Assembly (NCBI GenBank): GCA_965223265.1
Contig: OZ244999.1
Span: forward strand, 8,256,001 to 8,320,000
Direction: 5' to 3'
DNA: 64,000 nt
From: Planctomycetota bacterium
Lineage (GTDB): Bacteria > Planctomycetota > UBA8108 > SXIK01
Position numbers and translations under genes: made by a program. Below are positions 29,256 to 39,636 of the stretch, one piece after another. The notes under the pieces are model-generated. The model worked only from the letters and a program-made list of their open reading frames with translations. It made no database searches and was not told the origin of the DNA. Every line of letters begins with the position of its first letter. The stretch's first letter is position 1.

Positions 29256-31721
29256 TTGACGACAAAAAATCTGAGTTCAGCAACACTGGTCGATTGTGTT
29301 TCGCGCGGCGTCGACCGCGAAGAGCGCGCACGGCTCGCGCTGAAGCGAAGCGGGAAGAGAAGGGGCGTCGTCAAGACGCAGTGGAGTTCGATACGGCGCA
29401 GTTCGATACAGCCGATCGTTTTCGTCGTTGCAACGCTCGTTGGGGGGAGCGCTTTGCTACCTCACGCCACCGTTGCCGGCGAGCTGCGCGTGAACGTCGA
29501 CTGGAGCGAGTTCCTCGCGCGGCATGATCTCGTTTGGGATCGACTCGCGACGACGTGGTACGAGTCGCCTTTTCTCGGCAATGGCATGATGGGGACGATG
29601 ATCTATCGTCCCCGGCGCGGTCATTTGCGTTGGGACGTTCACCGCAGCGACGTGCAAGACCATCGCGACAACACCCACGGCTGGTCGGCATACAGCCGCG
29701 GTCGCTTACCGATCGGATACTTTGATCTTGTCAGCGTCGGACAGGTCGACTCGGGGACCATGCACCTCGACCTCTACAACGCCGAGGCCCGCGGCGTGCT
29801 CCGGACCGACGTCGGTGAAATCGCGTGGCGGAGTGTAGTACTCACCGGCGAGATGGCGATCGTGATCGAAACGCGCGCAACGGAAGGCGAGCGTGATTTC
29901 ACGTGGCGTTTCCATCCTGCCGAGGCGATCAGTCCGCGCCAGGCGTTTCGCGCCGACTACACGCTCGAGCATCGCCACCAGATGGAGTACAAGCACAACC
30001 CACCTCACGCCCTTGAGCTGGCGAGCGACGGTGGGCTTTGCTCGCAGCCGCTGCTCGTCGGCGGGGGACACGCGACCGCGTGGCGTCAAGTGCGCCTCGG
30101 CCCAGGCCATCGCTTGCTGTACGTTAGCGTTGATCAGTCGTTTCCGAAAACAGACTACGCCGCGAAAGCACGCCGGCTTCTTGAGCGTGCGCTAGCGACA
30201 CCGTTCGAGCACGCCGTGGCGGTCCATCGTGACTGGTGGCATCGGTTTTATCCGGCGAGTTTTCTCTCGATCCCCGACACCCGACTCGAGGGGTTCTATT
30301 GGATCCAGATGTACAAGCTTGCCGCCGCGACACGTGCGGATGGAGCGTTGATCGATAACCACGGCCCGTGGTTAGAGTTCACCAAGTGGCCCTACGCGTG
30401 TTGGAACTTGAACGTGCAGCTCACGTATTGGCCGTGCTACGCGTCGAATCGACTCGAGCTTGGCGAGTCGCTCTGCCGCTCCCTCGACCGCAACTTCGGC
30501 AACCTCATCGAAAACGTTCCGGAAGCCTATCGTCACGACTCGGCCGGCATCGGCCGTGCGGCGACCAATGACTGTATCGCCAAGGTCGGTGTTCCCGGCC
30601 GCACCGACGTCGGTCAGTACAGCGTGCCGGAGGTTGGGCTCCTGCCTTGGGCGTGTCACAACTACTATTTGCAGTACCGCTACAGCATGGACGACAAGCT
30701 GCTGCGTGAACGGCTGTTTCCTCTCATGCGGCGCGCGTTCAACTACTACCTTCACTTCCTCGAGGAAGGGAGCGACGGACGACTTCACCTGCCGGCGACG
30801 TATTGCCCTGAGTATGGACTGGCGCCGGATAACAATTTTGACTTGGGACTCATGCGCTGGGGCTTTGAGACGTTGCTGCAGATCTGCGAGCGCCTGGGGA
30901 TGGATGATCCGCTGGCGCCGGGCTGGCGCGACGTGCTCGAGCGCCTCGTCGACTACCCGGTCGACGAAAACGGCCTCATGGTGGGGCGCGGCGTACCGTG
31001 GGCGAAGTCGCACCGCCACTACTCCCACATGCTCATGGTCTATCCGTTCTATCTCTTGAATCGCGAAGACCCAAAGGCGAAGCGACTGATTGAGCGCACG
31101 CTCGATCACTGGCTTCATATCGGCGGCGGTAGCCATCACCGCGGTTACTCGTACACCGGACCGGCATCGATGTACGCTGCGCTCGGTGACGGTGATCGCG
31201 CGCACCACTTTGTGAACAAGCTGCTCGACAGTGAGGCGCAGGAAGCCTTCGGTGGTAAGTGGATCCGGCCGAACACGATGTACATGGAGTCAGGACCGGT
31301 GATCGAGACGCCGCTTTCCGCCGCGCAGTCACTGCACGACATGCTCATTCAAAGCTGGGGTGGCAAGATCCGCGTCTTCCCGGCGCTGCCGGTCGTCTGG
31401 AAGGATGTCACCATCCACAATTTGCGCACCGAAGGGGCGTTTCTCGTCAGTGCCGTCCGCCGTGACGGACGGACGGAGTTCGTCCGCGTCAAAAGCCTTG
31501 CCGGGGAGCCTTGCCGCGTGGTGACCGGGATGTTTGGCCGGCATCGCATCCTTGGCAAAAGCGCCGCCGCATTGCACGAGCGCGCCGATGGCTCCCTAGA
31601 GCTCGATCTTGCGCGCGGTGACGACATCATCCTCTACACCGGCCCGCAGCCGCCGCGGCTAGAGGTCACGCCGCTAGCGGCGGTGCGCGAGGAGCGGAAC
31701 TACTACGGGCTCCATCGCTGA
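29256..31721 (+). CDS. Glycoside hydrolase family 95-like protein (alpha-L-fucosidase-like), secreted
   Basis: PFLGNGMMG, WNLNVQLTYWP, HLPATYCPEYG, SHRHYSHML.VYP, MLIQSWGGKIRVFPALP..W, LRTEGAFLVSA. Start codon uncertain. Confidence 0.8.
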   Translation: MTTKNLSSATLVDCVSRGVDREERARLALKRSGKRRGVVKTQWSSIRRSSIQPIVFVVATLVGGSALLPHATVAGELRVNVDWSEFLARHDLVWDRLATTWYESPFLGNGMMGTMIYRPRRGHLRWDVHRSDVQDHRDNTHGWSAYSRGRLPIGYFDLVSVGQVDSGTMHLDLYNAEARGVLRTDVGEIAWRSVVLTGEMAIVIETRATEGERDFTWRFHPAEAISPRQAFRADYTLEHRHQMEYKHNPPHALELASDGGLCSQPLLVGGGHATAWRQVRLGPGHRLLYVSVDQSFPKTDYAAKARRLLERALATPFEHAVAVHRDWWHRFYPASFLSIPDTRLEGFYWIQMYKLAAATRADGALIDNHGPWLEFTKWPYACWNLNVQLTYWPCYASNRLELGESLCRSLDRNFGNLIENVPEAYRHDSAGIGRAATNDCIAKVGVPGRTDVGQYSVPEVGLLPWACHNYYLQYRYSMDDKLLRERLFPLMRRAFNYYLHFLEEGSDGRLHLPATYCPEYGLAPDNNFDLGLMRWGFETLLQICERLGMDDPLAPGWRDVLERLVDYPVDENGLMVGRGVPWAKSHRHYSHMLMVYPFYLLNREDPKAKRLIERTLDHWLHIGGGSHHRGYSYTGPASMYAALGDGDRAHHFVNKLLDSEAQEAFGGKWIRPNTMYMESGPVIETPLSAAQSLHDMLIQSWGGKIRVFPALPVVWKDVTIHNLRTEGAFLVSAVRRDGRTEFVRVKSLAGEPCRVVTGMFGRHRILGKSAAALHERADGSLELDLARGDDIILYTGPQPPRLEVTPLAAVREERNYYGLHR

Positions 31722-31813
31722 GTGATCGACCGAGCAGTGACTGGGTGAAGGAGCGCCGAGGAATCCCGTTTCGCGCTCAGCACGTCATCCGCAGCGACCA
31801 CTCTCTCGTTCGC

Positions 31814-32740
31814 CTACTTGCTCTCACCGATCGTCTTGATTGCTTCGCCGGCCGACTTGATCACTTCTTCGCCGGACTCTTTGACATCTTCGGCGGCTTT
31901 CTCGATCGCGGATTTGGCGTCGTCTGCCGCCTTTTCCAGTTCGCTGGTCGCTGGAACCGTTGCCGAACCTTCCTGTGTCTCTTCGGTGATCGCCTCCGAC
32001 GTCGCGCTGACCGGCGTCGCGGCCTCTTCGAGCTTCTGCGTCAGCTGGCGGCGGGCGCCGAGGTCCAGGAGACCACTCGCCGGGACGGGCTCCCCGCTTG
32101 CGTCGTTCGTAGTCGTCGTCAGCGAGTTCACAAGCCCAGAGGCGTCGTCGTCAGACTTCTTGCCAAACCCCTTAAGGTTTTCTTCGTACATACGAGCGAG
32201 CTCGTCACGGCCCGCTTGCGGGATCAACTTGGCCACGTTGTCGACCAGCCCAAGGCAAGCGTCCGAGAGAAACGGCACGAGACGACTGCCATCGACCCAG
32301 CCCTGCGTCTTCTCCTTGACGACTTCGATTTTCGATCCGACCGCGCCTTCTTCGGTTTGCCACTCCCGCAGCCCGACCGCGAGGCCGCCCAAGAGAATAA
32401 CGCCCACACCGAGCGACAGAAGGGCGCCGAGCCAGCGGTTCGACTGACTAAGTTCCTTGTGCTCCATGCGTCGCGTGATGAGCGACAGAACAAAACTCAA
32501 TGCGGCGGCGGCAAGAAACAGAATGCCGACGAACGCCACGACGAGTGCGGTGTTCTCGTTTTTCGACCGCATCTCCTCCATGAATCCGAGCGAGGCCACA
32601 TCGGGATGGAATTTCGTGGCGAGAAAGAAGGATGCCCCGACGGCGATGAGAAGAAGAATCTGGCGCGCAAAGCCTTTGAAGTAGCCGTAGAGCAGGAACG
32701 CGACCAAGAGGCCAATCAAGACGTAGTCAAGAGCGTTCAC
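31814..32740 (-). CDS. cvpA: CvpA family membrane protein with acidic low-complexity C-tail
   Basis: MNALDYVLIGLLVAFLLYGYFKGFARQIL, four hydrophobic segments, NRWLGALL, SRLVP. Confidence 0.75.
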   Translation of the reverse strand: MNALDYVLIGLLVAFLLYGYFKGFARQILLLIAVGASFFLATKFHPDVASLGFMEEMRSKNENTALVVAFVGILFLAAAALSFVLSLITRRMEHKELSQSNRWLGALLSLGVGVILLGGLAVGLREWQTEEGAVGSKIEVVKEKTQGWVDGSRLVPFLSDACLGLVDNVAKLIPQAGRDELARMYEENLKGFGKKSDDDASGLVNSLTTTTNDASGEPVPASGLLDLGARRQLTQKLEEAATPVSATSEAITEETQEGSATVPATSELEKAADDAKSAIEKAAEDVKESGEEVIKSAGEAIKTIGESK

Positions 32741-32984
32741 GTGGAACCCCCAATGGTTTCAGATGTTGCCGGGCCGCATCGAAGCGGCAAAAAAACAACT
32801 GCGCCGGCCGTGACAGTGGGACATATTATCAGATCATGGGGCGGAGCAAAGCGGGAAGCCATCGGGGATTTCCTGAGAGGAAGAGCTGAGTTTCCGTTGG
32901 TCAAACGGAGTTCACGCCCGACTTCGTCGCCAGCTGCGCCGCTTCTGGGCTTTCCGCACCGTGGCCAATTCGGAGGTGTTGAAG

Positions 32985-33383
32985 ATGTGCACACGAATCA
33001 TGGTCTCTTGCCTCATCCTCTTCTTCGCCGGTCACTTCGTTGGCTGCGCTGCGCAGCAGTCAACCAGTCACACCGACGCAGCCGCTCGCGGGGTGGCGCC
33101 ACCCGACGCGCTTCTTTCGCCTACCGACGGTGACGGCGCGTTCCACAGCACGGAGCGTGCGCCGGGTAATACACCGTTAGAGACCTATCCTGAGAGGGCA
33201 GAGGTGCGTCGTCTCCTCCATCGAGCCGCCGCGCTAGTCACGGACGGCAGTTACGAGTCGGCACTCGAGGTTGTCCACCAAGCCTTGCGATTCGATCCGC
33301 GCAGCCCCTCGGCACTTCACCTCAAGGCGGAGATCGAGGAACTGTTGCGGCGACTGGACGGTGGCATTCGATCAACCGTTTGA
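32985..33383 (+). CDS. Small lipoprotein with C-terminal TPR-like motif
   Basis: GGAGG RBS, signal ending FVGC, GSYESALEVVHQALRFDPRSPSA. Confidence 0.6.
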   Translation: MCTRIMVSCLILFFAGHFVGCAAQQSTSHTDAAARGVAPPDALLSPTDGDGAFHSTERAPGNTPLETYPERAEVRRLLHRAAALVTDGSYESALEVVHQALRFDPRSPSALHLKAEIEELLRRLDGGIRSTV

Positions 33384-33424
33384 CAAACACCTTTCGTTGA
33401 ACGACTTTCAAGAGGAACGAGCAG

Positions 33425-34165
33425 ATGGCGAATTTGCAGAATCATCCGATCGCCTCCGGTGAAGAGTGGCTGCGGGCACGGAAGGAACTCCTAGCGAAAG
33501 AGAAAGAGTTCACGCGACTGCGCGACGAGCTCAGTCAGCTGCGTCGCGACTTGCCGTGGGAGAAGGTCGAGAAGGAGTATGTCTTCGAGGGACCTCACGG
33601 CCGCGAGACGCTCGCGGACCTTTTTGACGGCCGTAGTCAGTTGCTGGTGTACCACTTCATGTTCGGGCCCGACTGGGAGGAGGGCTGCAAGAGCTGTTCG
33701 CTCATCGCTGATCACTACGACCCGTCGGTCGTCCATCTCAACCACCGCGACGTGACGCTGGTGACCGTGTCGCGAGCGCCGCTGGCGAAGCTGCAAGCGT
33801 TTCAAGAGCGCATGGGTTGGAAGTTCAAGTGGGTGTCGTCACTCGAAAGCGACTTCAACCGCGATTTTCACGTCTCGTTCACACCTGACGAAGTGGAGAA
33901 AGGCGATCTCTACTACAACTACACGCGAAGCCGGTTTCCGGTCGAAGAGGGGCCCGGTCTGAGTGTCTTTGCCAAGGACGCTGAAGGAACGGTCTTCCAC
34001 ACCTATTCGACCTACGCCCGTGGCCTGGACATCTTCCTCGGCGTGTACAACCTCCTCGACGTCGTTCCGAAGGGGCGCGACGAGACGGAGCTTCCCTACG
34101 GCATGGCCTGGGTGCGCCATCACGATAAGTATGACGACGCGTCGTTCGTGGATCCTTACGTGTAG
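33425..34165 (+). CDS. DUF899 thioredoxin-like protein
   Basis: EEWL.ARKELLAKEKEFTRLRDELS..RR.LPW, LADLFDGRSQL.VYHFMFGP, GCKSCS, HTYSTYARG, PKGRDE. Confidence 0.92.
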   Translation: MANLQNHPIASGEEWLRARKELLAKEKEFTRLRDELSQLRRDLPWEKVEKEYVFEGPHGRETLADLFDGRSQLLVYHFMFGPDWEEGCKSCSLIADHYDPSVVHLNHRDVTLVTVSRAPLAKLQAFQERMGWKFKWVSSLESDFNRDFHVSFTPDEVEKGDLYYNYTRSRFPVEEGPGLSVFAKDAEGTVFHTYSTYARGLDIFLGVYNLLDVVPKGRDETELPYGMAWVRHHDKYDDASFVDPYV

Positions 34166-34172
34166 GTCCCGC

Positions 34173-34369
34173 AAAGTAGCAGGCACACTCCGTGTGCCGT
34201 CCGGTCTTGTCTTCCCGTCGCCGACCCCAACGTGTAGTTGAGCGTCCCGGAAAGTAGCAGGCACACTCTGTGTGCCGTCCGGTCTTGTCTTCCCGTCGCC
34301 GACCCCAACGTGTAGTTGAGCGTCCCGGAAAGTAGCAGGCACACTCTGTGTGCCGTCCGGTCTTGTCTT
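34173..34369 (+). repeat. 78-bp tandem repeat (2.5 copies) built on the REP palindrome
   Basis: AAAGTAGCAGGCACACTC(C/T)GTGTGCCGTCCGGTCTTGTCTT starts at 34173, 34251 and 34329 with identical linkers. Confidence 0.9.
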
Positions 34370-34462
34370 TTCCGCGCTGATCTCTGGCGGCGGCATACAG
34401 GCGAGGGCTGTGAACTCTTAAAACGTGTCGTCGCTACTCACGGTGCACGGTGCACGGTCCAC

Positions 34463-34750
34463 GGCCGGACGGCACACGGCTTGTGCCTGCTCTTTGGATG
34501 GTCGCCCTTCGTTGACGTAGTTTCCTGTCGTTCAACTTTTCTTCTGATCTCTCGAACAGAAACAAACGAAGGTCAGACAGAGAAGCGGCAGGCGCTCGAG
34601 GACGTCTCGCCTTTCCGCTGCGAGCTTGCGCTCTTGGGGCGAAGAAAAGGAATTCGCCCCAGGCACCCAAGGTCGCAAGGAGAAACGCTTGACGGGTGCA
34701 GATCGAACCAATGACAGAGCACAACGGCACACAGGCGTGTACCTACTACT
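34463..34750 (-). repeat. Two inverted REP-like copies
   Basis: GGACGGCACACGGCTTGTGCCTGCT near 34467-34491 and ACGGCACACAGGCGTGTACCTACTACT near 34724-34750. Confidence 0.65.
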
Positions 34751-34796
34751 GTTTCGAGTTGCAGGCGCGAAACGCCAAACGCCGGCCGCAGCGTCA

Positions 34797-35807
34797 TTAG
34801 CTGGACGTGCCGGGTCGTAGCACGCGACCAGGGATGCTCGCGAGCACCTGAGCAGCTGCTCGCCAACCGCGCCGCGGCGGTGCGTACGCCAACCTGCCCT
34901 CCGGCCAGCGACGCTCGTCGCTGCTCGCGGTCGGCGACGTGTGGCACTGGGCGCGATCGCGTTTGAGTGCGACGAGCGTGCAGCGGTTTTCGCCTTCTGC
35001 CCCGGCTCGACCGAATGTGTCATGCAGCGGCAGGAAGCATTCATAGACTGAGGAAAAGCCGGCGTCGCCGAGACAGTTGACGAGTGACGGCCGACTGAGC
35101 CAAAAGCTCACTTCATTGTCTGCCGATGCCCACAATTTTTTGAGACGCTGCTCGCGGCTCTCTGAGCTGTGGTGCTCCCGGTAGGTTTCGCCCCAATACG
35201 TGTGAGCTCCGTGCACCACGGACTCGGATGCTTTGAGACTAATACGTGTATCGACGATGAGCGCGTCGGTCGCCATCGCGTACATCGTCTCGATGAGGCG
35301 AAAGACGTCAGGCGCGGGGAGGTGGTAGAGGATGCCGCTGCACAGAATGACGTCGAACTCGCCGTGTCGTTCGCGAGAGACCGCGCGCACGTCGCCGAGC
35401 TCGAAGTGAAGCTTTTCGAGTCCAAGTGCCTCCTTGGCAAACACCGCTTTGGCGTAGTTCGCTTCGCGCACCTCGACGCCCAGGACAGTCGCACCCTGCA
35501 GCGCGAACTCGATCGAGAACATGCCGTCGAGGCAGCCGAGGTCGAGGACGCGGCACTCTGAGAGCGGGCGGCGGCTGACATCGGCGGCCATTTGCAGGAG
35601 ACGAAGAAGGCGAGTGTGCGGCACGCCCCGATTGCCGCGCGTCCAGACGCCGTGCGGTAGCGGAATGTCGAAGGTCCACTCGCCGTGCTCGCGCACCATC
35701 TCGGCGAGCTGCGCTTCGAGCGCTTCCCGGGTCTCGAGTTGCACGGTCATACTGAGCTTTTCTCCTGCCAGTTGCGACTCCGGCGTGTGTGCGTTCTCCG
35801 ACTTCAC
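34797..35807 (-). CDS. Class I SAM-dependent methyltransferase
   Basis: RVLDLGCLDGMFS motif I, VLGVE, GEFDVILCSGILYHL. Start may be the downstream MTVQ. Confidence 0.85.
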   Translation of the reverse strand: MKSENAHTPESQLAGEKLSMTVQLETREALEAQLAEMVREHGEWTFDIPLPHGVWTRGNRGVPHTRLLRLLQMAADVSRRPLSECRVLDLGCLDGMFSIEFALQGATVLGVEVREANYAKAVFAKEALGLEKLHFELGDVRAVSRERHGEFDVILCSGILYHLPAPDVFRLIETMYAMATDALIVDTRISLKASESVVHGAHTYWGETYREHHSSESREQRLKKLWASADNEVSFWLSRPSLVNCLGDAGFSSVYECFLPLHDTFGRAGAEGENRCTLVALKRDRAQCHTSPTASSDERRWPEGRLAYAPPRRGWRAAAQVLASIPGRVLRPGTSS

Positions 35808-36057
35808 TCTATCGGATGCTGATCCCGCGAGCTGGAGCGCTACCCGAGACGTCCCCGATCTTCCTTTATCGCCGGGGGTGGTTTGTATACAGTATACAGG
35901 TCTTGGCGAGGCAGCAGACTGCCGCGCGGCACTGGACGCCGCCTGGGCGCACTGTCAATGATGTGCCAGCCGGAAGCGCGTCGCCGCAGAACGGAATCCA
36001 TCAGATCTCGATTCAAAGTGTTGCTCCAACGGTTGCGATAGGAGACTCGAACGACTC

Positions 36058-39000
36058 GTGCACGCTCCGTCTCGCCTTTTCTTATCCCGTGTCCCTAGCT
36101 TTGTTCGTCGCGTGCGTTTGACGACGGTCAACGCCTTGTTGTTTGCATTCGCCTGGAGTTCTCTCAGCGCGGAAGAGCCACGTGAGGTTCAGTTCAGTCG
36201 CGATGTGCGACCGATCTTGGCATCGCGCTGCTTCGCGTGCCATGGCCCAGACGCGCAAGTGAGACAGGCTGGTCTGCGACTCGACCAGCGCCAGGAAGCG
36301 ACGCGCGAGCTCGCTTCAGGGCACCGAGCGATCGTTCCCGGCGACGTTGCTCAAAGCGAATTGTTGCGCCGGGTCACGGCGACCGATCCGGACGTCGTGA
36401 TGCCTCCGCGGGAAACGAAGCAGACTCTGACCGAGTCTGAGAAACGTACACTTGCCGCGTGGATTGAGCAGGGCGCTTCCTACGAGCTCCATTGGGCGTT
36501 TTCGTCGCCCCGGCGTCCATCGCTGCCAGCAACGACAGATCGTGAGTGGCCGCGCAATGAAATCGATGCGTTCATCTTGGCGCGTCTCGAGGCGGAGAAG
36601 ATGCGCCCATCTTCCGAAGCCGGTCGGACGACCCTCATCCGTCGCTTGTCGCTGGATCTCCGCGGTTTGCCGCCATCGGTGGAAGAAATTGACGCATTCG
36701 TCAATGACGCAGCCCCGGAGGCGTATGAGAAGCTCGTCGATCGCTTCCTGGCCTCAGCGCACCGCGGCGAGGCGCTCGCGCAGGAGTGGCTTGACCTCGC
36801 GCGCTACGGCGACACCAACGGCTATCACGCCGACAGTGACCGCGAGATGTGGCTGTATCGAAACTACGTCATTGAATCGCTCAGTGGCGACAAGCCTTTC
36901 GATCGTTTCGTCACTGAAAACATCGCCGGGGATCTGATCTCCGACGCCAACCGTGAAACTCAGATCGCCACCGGGTTCAATCGCTGCAACACGTTCAACG
37001 AGGAGGGCGGTGCGGATCCTGCGGAGTTCCGCGTCGCCTACGCCGTCGATCGCGCCAACACGACGGGCCAGGTGTTTCTCGGCATGACGTTCGGCTGCGC
37101 CCAGTGTCACGATCACAAATACGATCCTCTCACGCAGCGTGAGTACTATCAGTTCTACGCGTTTTTCAACAGTGTTGACGGTGAGGTCGGTGCGGGGGGA
37201 CCGTCGGGCCACCATGGCAAGCCACTGCCGCCGCTTCTGAAGGTGCCGACGCCGGATCAGCAGGTGGAGCTGGCACAGATCGCGGCGCGAACGACCGAGA
37301 TCGAAACGATCGTCGAGCGCGAATTGAGGCGCGCGGACGACGCGGAGTCGCAGCCGCAGTTCGCGGCCGATTTGGCGCGCTGGGCGCAGCACATCCGACC
37401 GGGCGCCACAGACGCGCAACCATTCGCCGCCGGGCTGAAGGTGTGGCTCGACGCTGGCGACCTCGACGGGGATAGAGAGGTTGACGATGGCCTGACGAGT
37501 CGAGCCGCCTCGTCGAAGGAGGTGGCAACGGTAGCACGGCCGGCGGCGCCAGAGGCGGTGGGTGCGGAAGCTGCGCAATCGTTGACGAACGCAGCAGACG
37601 TCGAGGGCGTGCAGCTGGCGAAGGCGACGACAACCGCAGAGCCGCTCAGCGCTTGGCGCGATCGTTCCGGCTCCGGACTCGAGTTCGTGGCGCGTGGTGA
37701 GCCGTTTCTCCGGACGCACAGCTTGTCGGGTCGTCCTGCCGTACGACTCGACGGCGACAAGGCGTCGTTCCGCTCGACGACCGGCGGTGCGGATCTCCAG
37801 GGTGACTTCACCATGTTCGCCGTCTTTCGACATCACCGCATCCTGGCGCACCAGTCGATCGTCAGCTGGGGCGGCACCGGTGCGGGAGAGCCGCGTGCTA
37901 TGTGGAAGTTCTCGGGTCGGCATCAATTCACCTTCCGCAGCCCCGGCGCTGAAGTCAAAGGTGACCGCGAACTCAAGTTGGGAGAAAAGCTTATCGGTGT
38001 TGTTGTTTATGACAGCGCCGCCAAATCGCTGCGGTTGGCAGTGAACGGCGACGCGGCGGGCCAAGGCTCTCCTGAGCTCAAGCCGTACAGCGACTATGGC
38101 ATCAACATCGGAGCGACGGCGCGTGGTAGCTCGGCAGCTGGAATCGATCTCGCCGAAGTACTGATCTACGACGCCGCCCTGTCGCCGGACGACGAGATCG
38201 TGGTGGGACGCTACTTGGCGGAGAAGTACGAAATTGACGCGGTCTACCGCGGCGCGCCGCGTGAGATCGTCGACATTGCTGCGATTCCCGAGGCTCAGCG
38301 TTCGGCCGCAGATGATCGGCAGCTGCGCGATCACTTTGTGCGTTACGTCTATCAGGGATCACGGGCGACCTTCGCCCCTCTGAACGCTGAACTGCAGAAA
38401 CTGCGGCGAGAGGCAGAGTCGCTGCGCAAGAGCTTTCTCACTACGATGGTGATGAAAGAGAAGGAGATGCGAAATCCCGCGTTCGTGCTCATGCGCGGCG
38501 ACTTTCAGAATCCAGGGGAACGTGTCGAGCCGGGGGTGCCGTCGATTTTTCCGCCGCTGCCTGAAAGAGAGCCGCGAAATCGTCTCGGGTTGGCGCGATG
38601 GCTTACGCGCGCGGATCATCCGCTCGTCGCCCGCGTCATGGTGAACCGAGTGTGGAAGCGTCTGTTCGGAACCGGGATTGTCAAAACGCTCGGGGACTTC
38701 GGCACCCAGGGAGAGTTTCCGAGTCATCCGGAATTGCTCGACTGGTTGGCGCGAGAGTTCGTCGACGGAGGCTGGCGGATCAAGGCTCTGGAGAAGCGGA
38801 TCGTCATGTCGGCGACGTACCGCCAGTCGTCGGTTGATCGCGGTCTCTACGGGGAATCTGATCCCTACAATCGACTTTACTCACGCGCGCCCCGATTTCG
38901 ACTCTCCGCGGAGGGCGTGCGCGACAACGCTCTCGCGATCAGCGGTCTCCTGACGCGTAAGATCGGAGGCGCGAGCGTCAAGCCATATCAACCTGCCGAT

Positions 39001-39513
39001 TACTACGCCGACAAGGTGGGGAGAAGGTGGGAGCAGAGCAAAGGCGAGGATCTTTTCCGGCGTGGCTTGTATACGTACTGGCGTCGCACAACGCTCTATC
39101 CGACCTTTCAGATCTTCGACGCGCCGAGTCGAGAGGTGTGCACCGTCAACCGCCCGCGCACCAATACGCCGCTGCAAGCGCTCGTCGGGTTGAACGATCC
39201 GACATTCGTCGAAGCGGCGCGCGCGTTCGCCGTGCGCATCCTGCGCGAGAGTGGCCCGAGCGTCGTCCAGCGACTGCGTTTCGCTTTTCGCACCGCTGTA
39301 GCGCGTCCGCCAACCGCAGCGGAGCTTGAAGTGTTGCAGCAGATCGTCGCCGAACAGAAGGCGACGTTCGACGACGACCCCGAGGCGGCGCGGCAGTTGA
39401 CCGCCGGTGGCGAGTCGGAGGTTCCTGCGGAGTTCGACAGCGCGGAGCTTGCCGCGTGGACCGCGTTCAGCAGTGTAGTGCTGAACCTTGACGAAGCGTT
39501 GACCCGGGAGTGA
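36058..39513 (+). CDS. Planctomycete cytochrome c / DUF1549 (PSD1) / DUF1553 protein with LamG-like insertion
   Basis: FSRDVRPIL..RCFACHG, WLDLARYGDT, CAQCHDHKYDP, ARVMVNRVW, PSHPELLDWLA, NTPLQAL; insertion LKVWLDAGD...W.D.SG.G...AEVLIYD.AL. Confidence 0.92.
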   Translation: MHAPSRLFLSRVPSFVRRVRLTTVNALLFAFAWSSLSAEEPREVQFSRDVRPILASRCFACHGPDAQVRQAGLRLDQRQEATRELASGHRAIVPGDVAQSELLRRVTATDPDVVMPPRETKQTLTESEKRTLAAWIEQGASYELHWAFSSPRRPSLPATTDREWPRNEIDAFILARLEAEKMRPSSEAGRTTLIRRLSLDLRGLPPSVEEIDAFVNDAAPEAYEKLVDRFLASAHRGEALAQEWLDLARYGDTNGYHADSDREMWLYRNYVIESLSGDKPFDRFVTENIAGDLISDANRETQIATGFNRCNTFNEEGGADPAEFRVAYAVDRANTTGQVFLGMTFGCAQCHDHKYDPLTQREYYQFYAFFNSVDGEVGAGGPSGHHGKPLPPLLKVPTPDQQVELAQIAARTTEIETIVERELRRADDAESQPQFAADLARWAQHIRPGATDAQPFAAGLKVWLDAGDLDGDREVDDGLTSRAASSKEVATVARPAAPEAVGAEAAQSLTNAADVEGVQLAKATTTAEPLSAWRDRSGSGLEFVARGEPFLRTHSLSGRPAVRLDGDKASFRSTTGGADLQGDFTMFAVFRHHRILAHQSIVSWGGTGAGEPRAMWKFSGRHQFTFRSPGAEVKGDRELKLGEKLIGVVVYDSAAKSLRLAVNGDAAGQGSPELKPYSDYGINIGATARGSSAAGIDLAEVLIYDAALSPDDEIVVGRYLAEKYEIDAVYRGAPREIVDIAAIPEAQRSAADDRQLRDHFVRYVYQGSRATFAPLNAELQKLRREAESLRKSFLTTMVMKEKEMRNPAFVLMRGDFQNPGERVEPGVPSIFPPLPEREPRNRLGLARWLTRADHPLVARVMVNRVWKRLFGTGIVKTLGDFGTQGEFPSHPELLDWLAREFVDGGWRIKALEKRIVMSATYRQSSVDRGLYGESDPYNRLYSRAPRFRLSAEGVRDNALAISGLLTRKIGGASVKPYQPADYYADKVGRRWEQSKGEDLFRRGLYTYWRRTTLYPTFQIFDAPSREVCTVNRPRTNTPLQALVGLNDPTFVEAARAFAVRILRESGPSVVQRLRFAFRTAVARPPTAAELEVLQQIVAEQKATFDDDPEAARQLTAGGESEVPAEFDSAELAAWTAFSSVVLNLDEALTRE

Positions 39514-39636
39514 CGCTTCGAGCTGTCGGTCTTGCGACGCCGCGAGCCGCAGTCTCACTGGTGATGGCGACAGAGAAATGTTTCCGAGAAGAACCTTGAT
39601 GACGTTGCAGGTATCAACAAGGGGGACATCGCGGCG

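Noticed and set aside
31745-33133. 462-aa plus-strand ORF
   Set aside because: Antisense shadow of cvpA with no motifs. The same applies to 3157..5178, 36754..38334 and 40540..41943 on the minus strand.
34173-34369. CRISPR-like array (palindromic repeat with ~40-nt gaps)
   Set aside because: The gaps are identical, the repeat is the dispersed REP, and no cas genes are present.
34439-34466. CACGGT(G/C) heptamer run
   Set aside because: About four imperfect copies next to a REP; too short to interpret.
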